Below are positions 60,434 to 64,000 of a stretch of 64,000 bases of DNA, piece after piece (position 1 is the first letter of the stretch; each line of letters opens with the position of its first letter). A model generated the notes under the pieces. The model was not told the origin of the DNA. It did no database searches and saw only the letters and a program-made list of their open reading frames with translations. Where the stretch lies: the NCBI GenBank assembly GCA_964057225.1, contig CAXKVF010000073.1, forward strand, positions 868,001 to 932,000, written 5' to 3'. A program made the translations under genes and the position numbers. This DNA comes from Auanema rhodensis. Its lineage: Eukaryota > Animalia > Nematoda.

Positions 60434-60921
60434 ACCATTCATTGTAATTAATGTTCTCACCTCTCGAAAAACTATTTTTTTTTCTTTTATCAGGCTCCTT
60501 TTTATTTGTAGTTCGTATTTTTTCACACTTCTCTATGACCACATGGCAACAGTCTACCATCTATTTTTCTTTGTCCCTTCTCAATAATTGTTACTTCGTC
60601 ACTATTCCTATAGACATTAGTCATACGGATCGGACGCTAGTTACCTCCAAATTGCTAGAACGGGCTTGCCTCACATCACGAGTACCACCGTACCTAACAA
60701 CCACATTAGTGAGGTCAGCCATTGTGCTGAACAAACCCCAAGCATACAGCAAGAATTTTATTTGGCAGACTGTTCACTATTGATCATGGATAAGCGAGCT
60801 CTTATCGAACTTACAATATTAAAAGTCCTTTTTTATGTTCTTATTGAATGGTTCTTGATTTTTTCACTCCATGACTTAACAGCTACTGTCTTAACCTGTG
60901 ATATTGAACAATAAACAATAA
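59964..60921 (+). mobile_element. 5'-truncated non-LTR retrotransposon (LINE), CR1 clade (CR1/L2 group), ~958 bp
   Basis: Unique sequence interrupting a monomer. It encodes YVRPILEYASVIWSP...IEMVQKKFLR...Y..QL..LN...LSTRR...DL...R.H...R...WNDLP......FKKHL, the characteristic post-RT C-terminal motif series of CR1-clade ORF2 (VRPxLEY-WSP, LExVQRR, LxxRR, TRGH, WNxLP, FKxxL). It ends in a short tandem-repeat tail rather than poly(A) and is flanked by an ACGTGT direct repeat. Confidence 0.92.
60434..60921 (+). other. LINE 3' UTR (~490 bp): T-rich proximal part, hairpin-rich distal part
   Basis: Lies between the ORF2 stop and the tail. T9 run at 60475-60483. Inverted repeats: CCTCAC/GTGAGG (60669-60714), TCAGC/GCTGA (60715-60730), GATAAG/CTTATC (60789-60806), ACAG-CTA-CTGT (60879-60889). 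Confidence 0.8.
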
Positions 60922-60923
60922 AC
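60907..60923 (+). repeat. 3'-terminal microsatellite tail (AACAATA)2AAC of the LINE, containing two AATAAA hexamers
   Basis: AACAATA AACAATA AAC read directly. The last AC is shared with the target sequence ACGTGT. Short tandem-repeat tails are typical of CR1/L2 elements. Confidence 0.85.
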
Positions 60924-60927
60924 GTGT
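60922..60927 (+). repeat. Apparent target-site duplication, right copy (ACGTGT)
   Basis: Right junction ACAATAA|ACGTGT-ACATTTAATT. Confidence 0.75.
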
Positions 60928-63900
60928 ACATTTAATTAGCATAAATTAAAGTTCATGTAAATTTCAAAGTCATGGTTACCATGCACCAATATCAATAAAA
61001 ATTTGTTTTTAGACTAATATGGACATGGGGAATCTAATTTTGAAAACCGCATCTCTTCATCTTTCACGTGAAGCGAGTTACATACCAAGTGCACATCACG
61101 TGTACATTTAATTAGCATAAATTAAAGTTCACGTAAATTTCAAAGTCATGGTTACCATGAACCAATATCAATAAAAATTTGTTTTTCGACTAATATGGAC
61201 ATGGGGAATCTAATTTTGAAAACCGCATCTCTTTATCTTTCACGTGAAGCGAGTTACATACCAAGTGCACATCACGTGTACATTTAATTAGCATAAATTA
61301 AAGTTCACGTAAATTTCAAAGTCATGGTTACCATGCACCAATATCAATAAAAATTTGTTTTTAAACTAATATGGACATGGGGAATCTAATTTTGAAAACC
61401 GCATCTCTTTATCTTTCACGTGAAGCGAGTTACATACCAAGTGCACATCACGTGTACATTTAATTAGCATAAATTAAAGTTCACGTAACTTTCAAAGTCA
61501 TGGTTACCATGCACCAATATCAATAAAAATTTGTTTTTAGACTAATATGGACATGGGGAATCTAATTTTGAAAACCGCATCTCTTTATCTTTCACGTGAA
61601 GCGAGCTACATACTAAGTGCACATCACGTGTACATTTAATTAGCATAAATTAAAGTTCACGTAAATTTCAAAGTCATGGTTACCATGAACCAATATCAAT
61701 AAAAATTTGTTTTTAGACTAATATGGACATGGGGAATCTAATTTTGAAAACCGCATCTCTTTATCTTTCACGTGAAGCGAGTTACATACCAAGTGCACAT
61801 CACGTGTACATTTAATTAGCATAAATTAAAGTTCACGTAAATTTCAAAGTCATGGTTACCATGCACCAATATCAATACAAATTTGTTTTTAAACTAATAT
61901 GGACATGAGGAATCTAATTTTGAAAACCGCATCTCTTTATCTTTCACGTGAAGCGAGTTACATACCAAGTGCACATCACGTGTACATTTAATTAGCATAA
62001 ATTAAAGTTCACGTAAATTTCAAAGTCATGGTTACCATGCACCAATATCGATAAAAATTTGTTTTTAGACTAATATGGACATGGGGAATCTAATTTTGAA
62101 AACCGCATCTCTTTATCTTTCACGTGAAGCGAGTTACATACCAAGTGCACATCACGTGTACATTTAATTAGCATAAATTAAAGTTCACGTAAATTTCAAA
62201 GTCATGGTTACCATGAACCAATATCAATAAAAATTTGTTTTTAAACTAATATGGACATGGGGAATCTAATTTTGAAAACCGCATCTCTTTATCTTTCACG
62301 TGAAGCGAGTTACATACCAAGTGCCCATCACGTGTACATTTAATTAGCATAAATTAAAGTTCACGTAAATTTCAAAGTCATGGTTACCATGCACCAATAT
62401 CAATAAAAATTTGTTTTTAGACTAATATGGACATGGGGAATCTTATTTTGAAAACCGCATCTCGTTATCTTTCACGTGAAGCGAGTTACATACCAAGTGC
62501 ACATCACGTGTACATTTAATTAGCATAAATTAAAGTTCACGTAAATTTCAAAGTCATGGTTACCATGCACCAATATCAATAAAAATTTGTTTTTAGACTA
62601 ATATGGACATGGGGGAATCTAATTTTGAAAACCGCATCTCTTTATCTTTCACGTGAAGCGAGTTACATACCAAGTGCACATCACGTGTACATTTAATTAG
62701 CATAAATTAAAGTTCACGTAAATTTCAAAGTCATGGTTACCATGCACCAATATCAATAAAAATTTGTTTTTAGACTAATATGGACATGGGGAATCTAATT
62801 TTGGAAACCGCATCTCTTTATCTTTCACGTGAAGCGAGTTACATACCAAGTGCACATCACGTGTACATTTAATTAGCATAAATTAAAGTTCACGTAAATT
62901 TCAAAGTCATGGTTACCATGCACCAATATCAATAAAAATTTGTTTTTAGACTAATATGGACATGGGGAATCTAATTTTGAAAACCGCATCTCTTTATCTT
63001 TCACGTGAAGCGAGTTACATACCAAGTGCACATCACGTGTACATTTAATTAGCATAAATTAAAGTTCACGTAAATTTCAAAGTCATGGTTACCATGCACC
63101 AATATCAATAAAAATTTGTTTTTAGACTAATATGGACATGGGGAATCTAATTTTGAAAACCGCATCTCTTTATCTTTCACGTGAAGCGAGTTACATACCA
63201 AGTGCACATCACGTGTACATTTAATTAGCATAAATTAAAGTTCACGTAAATTTCAAAGTCATGGTTACCATGAACCAATATCAATAAAAATTTGTTTTTC
63301 GACTAATATGGACATGGGGAATCTAATTTTGAAAACCGCATCTCTTTATCTTTCACGTGAAGCGAGTTACATACCAAGTGCACATCACGTGTACATTTAA
63401 TTAGCATAAATTAAAGTTCACGTAAATTTCAAAGTCATGGTTACCATGCACCAATATCAATAAAAATTTGTTTTTAAACTAATATGGACATGGGGAATCT
63501 AATTTTGAAAACCGCATCTCTTTATCTTTCACGTGAAGCGAGTTACATACCAAGTGCACATCACGTGTACATTTAATTAGCATAAATTAAAGTTCACGTA
63601 ACTTTCAAAGTCATGGTTACCATGCACCAATATCAATAAAAATTTGTTTTTAGACTAATATGGACATGGGGAATCTAATTTTGAAAACCGCATCTCTTTA
63701 TCTTTCACGTGAAGCGAGCTACATACTAAGTGCACATCACGTGTACATTTAATTAGCATAAATTAAAGTTCACGTAAATTTCAAAGTCATGGTTACCATG
63801 AACCAATATCAATAAAAATTTGTTTTTAGACTAATATGGACATGGGGAATCTAATTTTGAAAACCGCATCTCTTTATCTTTCACGTGAAGCGAGTTACAT

Positions 63901-64000
63901 ACCAAGTGCACATCACGTGTACATTTAATTAGCATAAATTAAAGTTCACGTAAATTTCAAAGTCATGGTTACCATGCACCAATATCAATACAAATTTGTT
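60922..64000 (+). repeat. 176-bp tandem satellite array, right arm (~17.5 monomers, continues beyond window end)
   Basis: The satellite resumes at ACGTGTACATTTAATTAGC (60922) in the same orientation and in register with the left arm apart from the 6-bp duplication. Confidence 0.99.

Noticed and set aside
60784-60877. Other short UTR-satellite similarities (TCATGGATA, AAGCGAGCT, CCATGACTT on the reverse strand)
   Set aside because: Matches of 9 nt or less are expected about once by chance in a ~960 x 176 x 2 comparison.
60600-60900. tRNA/SINE head or self-cleaving ribozyme in the 3' UTR
   Set aside because: No convincing Pol III A/B boxes or cloverleaf, no hammerhead CUGANGA/GAAA core, and no HDV-like pseudoknot could be established by eye.
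60318-60914. Three short plus-strand ORFs (89, 110, 82 aa)
   Set aside because: Alternative frames of the ORF2 end and T-rich 3' UTR. Low-complexity F/L/S/T composition with no recognisable motifs.

Overview
About 98.5% of this window is one head-to-tail satellite array. The monomer is 176 bp, ~32% GC, present in roughly 358 copies, all in one orientation and typically 0-4 differences from consensus. It looks like a eukaryotic centromeric or pericentromeric satellite, but that role is inferred. Shared rare variants reveal nested duplications of 4, 5, 6, 7, 9, 11, 15, 17, 18 and 26 monomers, plus one ~15 kb (87-88 monomer) tandem duplication marked by a 51-bp-deleted monomer. The only non-satellite sequence is a ~958-bp 5'-truncated CR1-clade non-LTR retrotransposon at 59964-60921. 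It has an uninterrupted ORF2 C-terminus, a ~490-bp hairpin-rich 3' UTR, an (AACAATA)n tail and an apparent 6-bp target-site duplication (ACGTGT). Two observations stand out. (1) The element's 3' UTR carries a 13/14-nt copy of the exact satellite site it inserted into (CACATCACGaGTAC vs CACATCACGTGTAC), hinting at sequence-guided or satellite-specific targeting. (2) The satellite variant haplotypes on the two sides of the insertion do not match. Both rest on a single insertion and need testing. No host genes, RNA genes or CRISPR arrays are supported.
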